A DNA stretch of 64,000 nt from an uncultured Bacteroidota bacterium (GTDB lineage Bacteria; Bacteroidota; Bacteroidia; Chitinophagales; Chitinophagaceae). Where the stretch lies: the NCBI GenBank assembly GCA_903829015.1, contig CAIKOJ010000098.1, positions 1,773 to 65,772 on the forward strand. Reading direction: 5' to 3'. Made by a program: the position numbers and the translations under genes. Under the pieces are notes generated by a model, which worked only from the letters and a program-made list of their open reading frames with translations, made no database searches and was not told the DNA's origin. Below are positions 49,009 through 60,500 of this stretch, piece by piece; position 1 is the first letter of the stretch; each line of letters starts with the position of its first letter.

Positions 49009-50253
49009 CTACTCGTAGCGCAGCGCTACGATAGGATCGAGCTTGGAAGCTTTTATGGCGGGGTAGATACCGGAGATAACACCTACTATGCCGCAAACGC
49101 TCACCCCCATAATGATCCAGACCCACGGAACAACAAAGCCCGTTTTGAAGAACAGGCCTACAATATTGCCCACCAGCATGCCCATGATAACACCAACGCC
49201 GCCACCCATAAGGCTGATCATTACCGACTCGGTAAGGAACTGCCGTTTGATGGTAGAGGAGCGCGCACCCAAAGCCTTGCTCACGCCAATCTCTCTGGTG
49301 CGCTCGGCTACAGATACCAGCATAATATTCATAAGCCCAATAACCGACCCCAGCAGGGTAATGATACCAATTATAACAGCTGCCCAGCGGATATAGCGGG
49401 TAACATCGAGCAGAACGCTGATGACTTCGTTGTTTTGGGTAATGGTAAAGTTGTTCTCAGAACCCAGGGGTACTTTTCTTATGGTTCTAAACAGCCCCTC
49501 TGATTCTTCGACGGCTATGTCTTTCATCTTTACATCGTGTACCAGTACGGTAAGCAAGTAGCCGTTGTTGCCACCATAAACCGCCCGAGCCAGATCTATT
49601 GGCATCAGCACCACATTGTCGGCATTCATCATCATACTGCCGCCTTTGGATTCCATGATGCCGATAACGCGGCACTTGGTGTTGCCCACAGATATTACCT
49701 CGTTGATGCCCTGGCTTTGCTTTTTCTTAAACAGCTTTTGTGCAACCGCCGACCCCAGAATACAAACAGGGGAGCCTGACTGCATCTCGGAAGCTGAGAA
49801 ATTGCGCCCGTAGGTGAGTTTGGTATCAGATACGGTGAGGTAGGTTTCTTCTACGCCTGAGACACGGATATTGGGGTTGGTTTTTTCTGACCGGAACTGC
49901 ACCGTGGATACCGAATTGCCGGTAAACGAAATACCAATTGTGGCAGGATAGGTAAACCGCTCCTTGAACGCCTTCGCTTCATCGAAAGTGATATCCTTAC
50001 CCTCGGAAACACTTAGATGAACGCCCTTGCCTGCTTTTTTTCTTTTAATAATATCGCTGGTGACCTGGAATGAGTTGGCACCCAGACTGCTGAAATTAGA
50101 GCTGACCCCAGCTTTCATTACCTCTATAGAAGTAAGAATGCCTACCAGTGCAGTTATACCCAATGCAATGATAACAATGGTAAGCACCGACCGCAGGCGG
50201 TTGGTACGTATGGCCCTAAATGCCAGGGTAAGATTAAAAAACAATTGCATCAT
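49009..50253 (-). CDS. MacB/FtsX-family ABC transporter permease
   Basis: RSVLTIVIIALGI and VAERTREIGVSKALGA...P..ALRYE motifs. Confidence 0.9.
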   Translation of the reverse strand: MMQLFFNLTLAFRAIRTNRLRSVLTIVIIALGITALVGILTSIEVMKAGVSSNFSSLGANSFQVTSDIIKRKKAGKGVHLSVSEGKDITFDEAKAFKERFTYPATIGISFTGNSVSTVQFRSEKTNPNIRVSGVEETYLTVSDTKLTYGRNFSASEMQSGSPVCILGSAVAQKLFKKKQSQGINEVISVGNTKCRVIGIMESKGGSMMMNADNVVLMPIDLARAVYGGNNGYLLTVLVHDVKMKDIAVEESEGLFRTIRKVPLGSENNFTITQNNEVISVLLDVTRYIRWAAVIIGIITLLGSVIGLMNIMLVSVAERTREIGVSKALGARSSTIKRQFLTESVMISLMGGGVGVIMGMLVGNIVGLFFKTGFVVPWVWIIMGVSVCGIVGVISGIYPAIKASKLDPIVALRYE

Positions 50254-50310
50254 TGCGATTCAAAGGTAGTGGAAAAGCGAACGTAGTAAAAGCAATTTTT
50301 GTGATTCAAC

Positions 50311-51252
50311 TCACCCCAACATCATCTTTTTCATTTTCCAGAGGAGGGAGTCGTTTTTGTAGAGCACGATGTAGAGATTTCTTTGTCCGCCGAAGTTGCG
50401 GAAGAAGCGCTCTACGCCTTCATCCATACTGCCTTCGAGGTCGAAGGTGTGGTGTCCCATTTTTTTGGCCTCTTTCATGGCATGCCATAAAAGTAACGAC
50501 ATTGATTTATAGCCGCTGGCTTCGGGGTTTTGTCCGCCCATAAAGTAGTAACTGCAATGGTCGTCGAAAACCTGCCAAATTATAGCTTCAGTGGTTTTGC
50601 CGTTTTTGGCTACCCAAAGGCGCGCAGCATTATTTGCAGTACAAGCCTGCATGATGCGTTCCAGATCGGCAAGGGTATAGGGTATTTCATTACCTTTTTT
50701 TGAAAGGGTCTGTTTATGAAACGCAAACAGTTCAGGTAATGCAGCGGTTGATTCAGTGATGGTAATCTCGCCAGCAGTCTGCTTGAGATTGCGGCGCATG
50801 GTGTCCTTCATGTCGGACAGTAGAACTGATTCGTCCTTATTCAGTGCCAGCGTGAAGGTTTGCTGCACCTGAGGACGGAGGCCATATTTTTTGAACAGTC
50901 CTACCTGCTTTATACCTGGCTCAACTGCCAGGTGCCACACTTTGAATGTAGGCAGTTGTTTCATGAGGTCGGCAATGGTATCGTGCTCATGACTGTCGAG
51001 TTTGCTTTCTTTCAGGTCGTCGGGGTAAAAAACATGAGGGCCCAGGTAGGGAGTAAGCAGGGGAGTGCGCAGCATATTCACACCCATTTTATGCTCTACA
51101 GGGTATGGCCATATACCTGTAACCAGATCGCCCTTAGTGGCTACAGCAGCATCCCACTCGGTACAAACGGCATCGAGCCACCAGGGCTGCATGAACAGCG
51201 GTATGCCCTTGTGCTTTTTACAGATGTCGATATACCGGTTCTTTTTAGTCAT
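50311..51252 (-). CDS. GNAT/FemAB-like acyltransferase
   Basis: PLFMQPWWLDAVC, LLLWHAM..A......FDLEGSM.EGVERFFRNFGG; start ATG 51252. Confidence 0.8.
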   Translation of the reverse strand: MTKKNRYIDICKKHKGIPLFMQPWWLDAVCTEWDAAVATKGDLVTGIWPYPVEHKMGVNMLRTPLLTPYLGPHVFYPDDLKESKLDSHEHDTIADLMKQLPTFKVWHLAVEPGIKQVGLFKKYGLRPQVQQTFTLALNKDESVLLSDMKDTMRRNLKQTAGEITITESTAALPELFAFHKQTLSKKGNEIPYTLADLERIMQACTANNAARLWVAKNGKTTEAIIWQVFDDHCSYYFMGGQNPEASGYKSMSLLLWHAMKEAKKMGHHTFDLEGSMDEGVERFFRNFGGQRNLYIVLYKNDSLLWKMKKMMLG

Positions 51253-51315
51253 AAGTCGCAATTAGTACATAGTAATTAGTACATAGTAATTAGTCGTAAG
51301 TATATCCTGAGTCGT
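51251..51315 (-). repeat. Heptamer array overlapping the GNAT start (AATTAGT/ACATAGT units; AGTCGTAAGT)
   Basis: 14-mer AATTAGTACATAGT at 51260-51273 and 51274-51287, then AATTAGTCGTAAGT. Confidence 0.85.
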
Positions 51316-51340
51316 TTTTTTTGTTCTTTTGTTTTCCTTG

Positions 51341-52567
51341 TTACTTAAACTGCAGCACCTTTGCGGGTTGTATACTGCGAATATACAAAGCGGGCAGCCA
51401 CATGCAAAATACGCACAACCCCAGCGTAACACAATCTATTGCCGCTACCTGCCACCATTCGATTCTTATAGGTGCATACTTCATGTAATAAATATCCTCA
51501 GGTAACTTTATGAAACCGAAATGCACTTGCAGCCAACACAAGCCCAAACCAATGAAGTTGCCGAACAGGATACCGGCTGTGCCGATCAATGCAGCGATAC
51601 CGAGGAAAATATTGCGGGTACTCTGGAAAGGCATACCCAGTGCTTTGAGCAGGCCTATCATTCTGGCCCGGTCGACCATGAGTATAACCAGCACAGCGCC
51701 CATGTTAATGATCGCCACTATTGCCATAATAGTTAGCAGAATGGTACTGTTCATACCCTGCAATTCCAGCCAGTCGAAAATGGATGCATAGTTGTCGCGG
51801 GTAGTATATGCTTCTAGTGGTGCTTTGATGAGGTTGTAGTGAATGAAGTCTGCCACAGAGTCGGCATAATGCTCGCTGGTGAGGTCGAGCTGGAAACCGT
51901 TGATGCTATCTGCCGGCCAGTTGTTGATGCGCTGTAGCAATCTGATGTCGCAGATGCCAAAGTATTTATCTACCTCTTCCATGCCGCTATGGTACAGTCC
52001 GGATACTTTTACCCGGCGGATCCGTGGCACACCGGCCTCAATGAAATTGAGTTGTACGGTATCGCCTATATTTATGTTCAGGCGGTCGGCGGTGGTTTGT
52101 GAGAGCAGAATTTGTTTGGAGTAGGAGGTGTCGGCGTAATCAATACTGGCACCGGTAGTTGTGATGCCACTGAGGAAGTGATAATCTTTCTGAACACCCT
52201 TGAGCCTTAAACCCTCCATGCCGCCATGCGCCTGCACAATAACCGGCCGGTCTGCAAAAGGGTAAACGGCGCTTACGTGGGGGATCTGCTTCATTGAATC
52301 AACCAAATGACGGTTGTAGTAAATAGGTTCATTAAAGGAGAGGGAGTTCGACCGGGTTTCATCGAAAGGGATCACATGTACATGACCCATAAAACCGTAT
52401 AGTTTTTCGGTAACAGAGTATTTGAAGCCGGTAACCACTGCAATAGCCACGATCATAACCGCTACGCTGAGTGCGGTGGCTATGATGGCCAGTCTGATGA
52501 TAAACGAAGAGAAAGTACCCTTTTGTTTGATCAGGTATCGGCGTGCTATGAAAAAAGGCAGATTCAA
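51341..52567 (-). CDS. Lipoprotein-releasing ABC transporter permease (LolC/E family)
   Basis: FIARRYL..KGTFSSFI.RLAI, MVDRARMIGLLKALG and YYM..AP motifs; TTG start. Confidence 0.88.
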   Translation of the reverse strand: MNLPFFIARRYLIKQKGTFSSFIIRLAIIATALSVAVMIVAIAVVTGFKYSVTEKLYGFMGHVHVIPFDETRSNSLSFNEPIYYNRHLVDSMKQIPHVSAVYPFADRPVIVQAHGGMEGLRLKGVQKDYHFLSGITTTGASIDYADTSYSKQILLSQTTADRLNINIGDTVQLNFIEAGVPRIRRVKVSGLYHSGMEEVDKYFGICDIRLLQRINNWPADSINGFQLDLTSEHYADSVADFIHYNLIKAPLEAYTTRDNYASIFDWLELQGMNSTILLTIMAIVAIINMGAVLVILMVDRARMIGLLKALGMPFQSTRNIFLGIAALIGTAGILFGNFIGLGLCWLQVHFGFIKLPEDIYYMKYAPIRIEWWQVAAIDCVTLGLCVFCMWLPALYIRSIQPAKVLQFK

Positions 52568-52816
52568 ATTAAAATACCGAGGACTTTATGCTCAGCGTAA
52601 AAGTAAATCTTTTACCGATGGGCATACCCAAAAAGTAATTGCGACTTTTTGTTAAGGCCGAATTGAAACCGAAATGAAGAAAAGGTGTTTTGAACCTATG
52701 GCCATTATTTTTTGACCACTGGAACCAAAACAGGTTTTGGCTGAGCCAGAAATATTCTGCGAAATGCTAAAATAGAAAGTATGATGATCATTTGGAATGG
52801 TTAAAGGGTATAAGAA

Positions 52817-53059
52817 TTATTGGGCAAAAGCTTTTGATTTGATGGTATTGTTGAGAGCTATGGAGTAAGTTCCTTTGTTAACAACGTTGTTAAGAACAAT
52901 AGCATCTCTGGAAACATATGAAGGCAGATAAGCCCGTACGATAATACCATCTACGATCTCATAATTGCTTAAAGTGCGCCTGATAGCTTCTTTGGGAGAC
53001 TTAACCAGCATTTGTGCCTGTTTTTGTCTGCACTCTGATTTTCTTGTTACTAATTTCAT
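52817..53059 (-). CDS. Small hypothetical protein (80 aa)
   Basis: ATG at 53059 with a TACTTTTG -7 element at 53075-53082 on the same strand; no recognisable family. Confidence 0.45.
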   Translation of the reverse strand: MKLVTRKSECRQKQAQMLVKSPKEAIRRTLSNYEIVDGIIVRAYLPSYVSRDAIVLNNVVNKGTYSIALNNTIKSKAFAQ

Positions 53060-53283
53060 GCCACAACGTTTTTTCAAAAGTAGCGTTAACTTCTGAATAA
53101 CAAAAGCAATTTTGGAACATTAACAAATGTAATAATAATCCGAATTGTTAATCAGCTAAGAATTCAAATGGGAGCCGGAAATGAAATGTTACGTTTATTT
53201 ATTACGTTCGATGTAATCACAGCCATCTGTTGCTGCGATTTTAATTTTTTGTTATGTACTGTATTATCTCTACTTTTGAATAT

Positions 53284-54360
53284 ATGAAACAAATAGCTAC
53301 TCTCGTTTTATTCTTAGCGGCATTTAGTACAGTTAATGCCCAGATAACAATTACCGCTGCGGATATGCCAGTTAATGGTGACACTCTTAGGTACAGCTTT
53401 GCGAGTCCGGTTGGTTCAACCATCAATTTAAGTGATACGGGTACGGGAGTAACCTGGAGTTATAGTTTTACGCCTATCAGGCAGGGGGTGGATACCTACC
53501 GCAATGCACTGTCGGTTAATTTTGCCTATGCTTTGATAGGTCTTACAGCGTACGGATACAAGGTAGCAGACAGTTTCCCATTGCCACTGCCCGGAATTTC
53601 GATACAGCAGGTGTATACTTTTTTTGAAAAGAAAACATCTCCCAGCAGGTATCAGGCACAGGCATTTGCTGCACAGATTTCAGGTATACCGACACCTATC
53701 AATTACACTACTCCTGATGTATGGTACTTTTTTCCGCTTAATTATTTAAACATAGACAGCTCTAATTACAAACTGAATATTGCGCTGCCTACGATAGGCG
53801 GCATCAAGCAGGTGGGGTACCGGAAAAGCAGGGTGGACGCGTGGGGAACGATCACTACTCCGTTTTATACCACGCCCACAAATTGTATCAGGGTAAGGTC
53901 TGAGATACATGAGATTGATTCTATTCAGTTCGGTACATTCCCTGCGATCGGTTTCCCAAGAAATTCTGTAGAATATAAATGGCTTGTGAATGGAGACCAT
54001 TATCCGGCGCTTTGGGTTACCACCAATATGATGCCCGGTGGTACTGAGACCATCAGCAACATCAGATACAGAGACAATAAGATGCCGGATACTACGGTGG
54101 TTGATAACCATGTGGGTGAGGTAAAGAATAATATTGCGGTGATCAACGCATATCCTAATCCATCAGTAGGTGGTATTTACGAGCTGGACATTCCACAGGA
54201 ATGGCAGAATTACACGATCGAAGTGTATGATATGCTATCTAAGGAGGCGGCTGTATTTAAGAATCAAAAGAAAATTGATATCAGCTACCTGCCATCTGGC
54301 CGGTATATGGGTCGAATCACATCTGAAGAAGGGGTTGGTTATGTGCAGTTGGTGAAGTAA
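53284..54360 (+). CDS. T9SS type A sorting domain-containing secreted protein
   Basis: Signal peptide; C-terminal AYPNPS.G...IDISYLPSGRY CTD; start ATG 53284. Confidence 0.88.
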   Translation: MKQIATLVLFLAAFSTVNAQITITAADMPVNGDTLRYSFASPVGSTINLSDTGTGVTWSYSFTPIRQGVDTYRNALSVNFAYALIGLTAYGYKVADSFPLPLPGISIQQVYTFFEKKTSPSRYQAQAFAAQISGIPTPINYTTPDVWYFFPLNYLNIDSSNYKLNIALPTIGGIKQVGYRKSRVDAWGTITTPFYTTPTNCIRVRSEIHEIDSIQFGTFPAIGFPRNSVEYKWLVNGDHYPALWVTTNMMPGGTETISNIRYRDNKMPDTTVVDNHVGEVKNNIAVINAYPNPSVGGIYELDIPQEWQNYTIEVYDMLSKEAAVFKNQKKIDISYLPSGRYMGRITSEEGVGYVQLVK

Positions 54361-54565
54361 CGCTCAAAAGGGGCTTTAACTGAGAGTTCCTGATTTTGTT
54401 TTTTTTAGAGTTTTTGAAATAAAATAATGCCTGAGTATGTATTTATTTTTCAATGCAATTGCATTCGAATAATATATTTATATATAACTAGGATTTAAGT
54501 ATTTAATTCTATACTTTTAAGCAAGAATATTTTTTTATAGTAGGTAAGATCTAAACGGTATTGAA

Positions 54566-57500
54566 ATGAAATGTAAATTTTTACTTTTTTGTTTTGTCAT
54601 GTTAATGACGGGGATGTTCCAAAACGGATATGCCCAGGTGGAATTGATCTCGACTATTTCGGGTGGTGCCAGTGGATTTGCAGGTGACGGGAGTCCAGCG
54701 AGTGCTGGTCGTTTTAACCAGAATTATATGATCACTACTGATGCTGCGGGTAATCTGTATATCGCTGATAACGGTAACGCACGTATCAGAAAGATCACAG
54801 CATCTACCGGTATCATCACAACAATAGCAGGAAGTGCAACAACAGGATCAGGAGGTGATGGTGGGCCAGCAACAGCAGCACTGTTGGGTGGTGTTGGTGG
54901 ACCGAATCCCGGTGTAGTAGGTGTTGCAGTGGATGCGGCGGGCAACGTTTATATATCAGACGGTACCAATCACCGAATCAGAAAAGTAGATGCCAGTACG
55001 GGTATTATCACAACTATTGCCGGGACTACAGCGGGATATTCAGGAGACGGATCGAGTGCTATGACCGCTCAGTTGAACGGACCAAGGGGCATTTGCGTAG
55101 ACGCCGCAGGTAATATTTACATTGCTGATGGCGGCAATCAGAGGATCCGGAAAGTTAACGGATTGACGGGTATGATCACTACAGTGGCGGGTAATGGAAC
55201 TGGGGGATATGTAGGCGATAACGTGGTTGCAACAAACACAAGGATCAACAACCCAAGAAGTGTGGCTATAGATGCTGCGGGTTACTTGTATATAGCGGAT
55301 ATGACCAACAGCCGTATACGCAGAGTTGATCTGGCTACTGATACAATAATTACTGTTGTAGGTACTGGTACTGCTGGTTTTTCAGGAGACGGAGGTGCAG
55401 CGGCAACAGCACAGGTTAATCTGCCTACGGATATGAAGTTTGATGTAGCAGGCAATATGCTTATTGCAGACGTGAGTAATAACCGTGTGAGAATGGTTAC
55501 CCCTGGCGGAATTATTTCTACAGTGGCCGGTGGCGGCGGTTTTGCAGGTTTTGCCGGAGATGGTTCTCCAGCTACCTCGGCGAGTGTAAGAATGTCGTCG
55601 CCGACTTCGATTGCGCCAACGTCTAACCCTAATTATTTTTATATTTCGGACAGAGGCAATAACAGGATCAGGTATGTGAAGCCAAACAGTATCCCCTATT
55701 TTACAGGTGGTACAACAATGCCTTTTGTTGTTTGTCAGAATTCAATTGGTGACACTATCAATACCTTGTTGCAGGTTAGGGACACTGACCTTGCTCAGAC
55801 ACTTACATGGAGTGTAGTTACACCTGCCAATCATGGTGCATTGGTAGGTAGCGCACTTGCAACGTCGAATGGTGGTGCGGTTACGCCTACAGGGTTGTAT
55901 TATACACCTACAACGGGATACAGTGGACTTGATACGTTTGTAATCCAGATTTCTGATGCATACAATACTTCTACAGCTACCGTTTATGTAACAGTGAATC
56001 CATTACCAGTGGTTGCTGCAATCGGAGGATCGAACACAGTATGTTTAGGAGGCACTACCACACTTACGGATGCAACCGGTGGTGGAACGTGGAGCGCCAC
56101 CAATGCTAATGCATCTGTTGCATCTGGAGTTGTGACAGGATTAATTCTTGGTGTGGATACAATTAATTATGCATTGACTAATGCTTGTGGTACAACAACA
56201 GTATCGAAAGTGGTGACGGTGATCACTACTCCCGCCATACCTGCGGCAATAACCGGACCGACTTCGGTTTGTGCAGGCAGCGGAATCATATTGAACGATG
56301 CTACGACAGGAGGTGTATGGACCAGCAGTGCAACAGGTATTGCAACAGTTGGTTCGCTGACCGGTGGTGTGACAGGTGTAACGGCAGGTACTGCAAATAT
56401 ATCTTATACTGTTACAAATGCCTGTGGCAGTGCATTTGTATTTAGCACAGTTACTGTAAATGTTGCTCCCGGAGCCATCAGTGGTTCGGCAATATCTTGC
56501 GTTGGTGCTTCCAATTCATTGACCAGTTCACCAGGAGGTGGCACATGGACGAGCAGCAACACTGCCGCAGCAACTATAGGTTCTTTAACAGGTTCTGTGA
56601 CCGGAGTAGGTGTTGGTAACTCCACAATATCTTATACGCTAGGTAACGGTTGTTTTTCAACACTGCCGGTAACTGTAAATGCGCCTCCCGCATCAATCAC
56701 AGGTTCCCTGAACGTTTGTGTTGGCGGAACTACTACTTTAACTGATGGCGGTGGTGGAACATGGACTTCGGGTACTCCGGGTGTAGCAACTATCGGGTCT
56801 TCTACTGGTGTTGTAACGGCAATAGCTCCCGGCACATCGGTCATCACTTATGCTGTTGGCGGCTGCTCAGTAACAGCAACTGTAACAGTAGCGGCCAATC
56901 CGGCGGCAATAACTCCGGCTACGCCAGTAAATATTTGTGTAGGCGCTACAGCATCTTTAGGTGATGTAACACCTGCCGGTGTTTGGTCGAGCGGCGCTAC
57001 TGGTATAGCTACGGTGGGTACCTCGGGTACTGTTACCGGTGTATCGGCAGGCTCTGCAACAATTTCATATACTGTTTCCGGTTGTTCTTCAATTAAGACG
57101 GTAACTGTGTTGCCAACTCCAACTGCGCTTTCTCCGGTATCGGCACGCATTTGTGTAGGTCTTACAGCAACATTCACTGAATCTGTGGCGGGTGGTATAT
57201 GGTCTAGCAGTGCATCAGGTACGGCAAGTGTAGTAGGTGGTGTTGTTACTGGCGTTGCAGCAGGTACTGCTACTATTTCATATGCGATCGGTACGTGCTC
57301 GGTTACAGCACCGGTTACAGTTGTTGCGAATCCTGCTGCTATAACTCCGGCTGGTGGACTTAATATTTGTGTGGGCTCAACAGGAAGCCTGGCTGATGCT
57401 ACTCCGGGTGGAGTATGGAGCAGTGGCGCTACTGGCATAGCAACAGTTGGTACCTCTGGTACAGTAACAGGTGTGGGTTCTGGTGTAGCTGCAATATCAT

Positions 57501-60500
57501 ACACAGTTGGCGGATGTTCTTCGCTTTCGTCCGTAACAGTAAACGTTGTTCCGGCAGCAATCTCGCCGACAACGGCAACGGTTTGTCCGGGAAGTACAGT
57601 TACTCTGACTGATGCTACTCCGGGTGGAACCTGGACCAGCACAGCACCATCAGTTGCTACTGTAGTGGGCGGTGTGGTGACAGGTGTAACAGCAGGTACA
57701 ACAACAATTTCTTATGCTTTAGGTATCTGTGCAGTTTCGGCAACGGTAACAGTAAACCCTGCACCAAATGCAGGAACGATCTCCGGACCGAATACAGTTT
57801 GTACAGGTTTGACGATCTCATTGACAGATGCTACTTCAGGCGGTGTTTGGAGCAGCAGCAATCCGGGTGTGGCTACAGTAGGCACTACGGGCATTGTAAC
57901 CGGCGTTAGTTTTGGGTCTGTGACTATTTCTTATTCAGTAACCAACAGTTGTGGAACAGCAGTTGCAACGTATGGTGTTACGGTTAGTGCGGCGGCAAGT
58001 GCCGGTGTTATTTCAGGATTAAGCTCATTGTGCGCAGGCACATTTACAATAATGACCGAAACTGTGACAGGTGGTGTATGGAGCGTTACAAATACAAATG
58101 CAAGTGTTACCGGAACTGGTGTTGTTACCGGTATTACTCCGGGTATTGATACTGTAAAATATACCGTTACCAATGCATGCGGATCTGTTTCGGCAGTACA
58201 TCCTATCAACATTGGACCTTTCCTTACAGCTGGTACTATAACCGGGGCTTCAACGGTATGTCAGGGTTCAACAATAACATTGGCTGACGCGACTCCGGGG
58301 GGCGTTTGGAGTTCGAGTTCTACAGGTGTGGCCACTATAAGTTCGGGTGGCGTGGTGACAGGTGTGAGCGGCGGAACGACAACAATATCTTATACAGTAA
58401 CCAGCAGCTGTGGCAGTATATCGGCTACAAAAATCGTGAATGTTACCCCAACTCCAATTGCAGGTTCTATTTCCGGCTCAACAACGATTTGTGAAGGAAT
58501 GACCGGGTTATATACGGATGCAGCTCCGGGCGGTACATGGAGTGTAACGAACGGTAATGCTACAATCTCCGGCGGTGGATCGCTGACAGCTATTACAGCC
58601 GGCGTTGATACTGTTGTATACACGGTTACCAACTCTTGTGGTACGGCTACAGCTATGTTAGAAGTTACAATAGGAGCGGCAATTACAGCGGGATCTATTT
58701 CGGGCTCTACAACAGTTTGCGAAGGTGCTTCGATTACATTGACAGACGGAACACCAGGTGGTGTGTGGAGCGCAAGTAATACCAATGCTACAGTTGTGGG
58801 TGGTATTGTAACCGGGGTGTCTGCGGGCATCGTGGATATCTCTTATACTGTAACCAGTGCGTGCGGTTCAGCTTCAGCAGTTGTAACTATATTGGTTGAT
58901 CCATTGCCGGATCCGGGTACGATTGCCGGACCATCTGTAGTATGTGTGGGTACTTCGATCACGCTTACAGATGCAGCATTGGGTGGTGTATGGAGCGCCA
59001 GCAATGCTAATGCTACGGTAGTTGGTGGTGTGGTTACCGGTATTAGTTCTGGAACTGACGATATCTCTTATACAGTAACGAACGGATGTGGTACTGCATC
59101 GGCAGTTAGTACAATATTAATATCTGTAACTCCTTTTGCAGGAACGATCTCTGGTCCATCGAATGTTTGTCCGGGTGCATCAATTACATTGACAGATGCG
59201 GCACCAGGCGGAACATGGAGTGCCAGCAATACAAATGCTACAGTAGCCGGAGGAATTGTAACCGGTGTTACAGCAGGTACTGTTGATATATCTTATACCG
59301 TGACTACAGGTTGTGGTACGGCATCTACATCAGTAACAATTGTTGTCGATCCATTGCCTGACGCAGGTACAATAACCGGCCCAACCAACGTTTGTATAGG
59401 TGCTACAATAACACTTACAGATGCAGCACCAGGTGGTGTTTGGAGTGCAAGCAATACGAATGCAACCGTTTCGGGTGGTGTGGTTACAGGTGTTACTGCA
59501 GGCACCGACGATATCAGTTATACAGTAACCAACGTTTGTGGTACTGCAAGTGCAATTAGCACCATCAGCATAGATCCTTTGCCAGATGCAGGCGCAATTA
59601 CTGGTATTCCTTTTGTTTGTGTGGGTACAACAACCATATTGGCAGATGCTGCACCGGGTGGTGTATGGAGTGCGAGCAATGCAAATGCCACTGTATCTGG
59701 TGGTGTTGTTACAGGCGTTAGTGCAGGAACTGTTGACATTTCTTATTCAGTAACCAATAGTTGCGGAACTGCAGTGGCGTCAGCTACTATTACAGTAAAT
59801 GATCCGCCTACAGTGGGTGCTATAAGCGGACCGACAACTGTTTGCAAGACCAGCACCATAACGCTTACCAATGGAACAGCAGGTGGCGTATGGAGTGCTA
59901 CTAACAGCCGCGCTACAGTAACTTCAGCCGGTTTGGTAACTGGTGTTGCTACCGGTATTGATACGATAAAGTACACAGTATCGAATGCGTGCGGAAGTGT
60001 TTCTGCGATGAAGGCAATAACAGTTATACAGACACCAAGCCCTGGTACAATTACAGGCGCTTCTACGGTATGTGAAGGTGCAACAATTATATTGACTGAT
60101 CCGGTGACCGGTGGTGCATGGAGCAGCAGCAGTACTTCAACAGCAACAGTTTCGGGTGGAGTTGTAACAGGTGTTGCTACCGGATCGGCAACTATATACT
60201 ACACTGTTTCTAACGTGTGCGGTACCAGATCGGCCACTCATGCTGTTACCGTGCTTTCGGCTTCTGATTGCAGTGCTGCAGTAAAAACTACGGCTGCTGT
60301 GCAGGATGAGCTGAAAGTATATCCTAATCCTAATAAAGGCGTATTCAGTATGAATCTGATAGCTGAAAATGAAGAGCAGGTAAATGTTGTGATCACCAAT
60401 ATTATTGGTAAGAAAGTAAAAGAATTCAACACTGCTACCAACAGAGCGAATGAAATACAAATGAATGTAGCTCCTGGTATCTATCTGCTGACTGCAACTA

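Noticed and set aside
54724-60460. Many minus-strand ORFs within the adhesin, and similar shadow ORFs opposite other long genes
   Set aside because: They are antisense shadows of repetitive or well-supported coding sequence.
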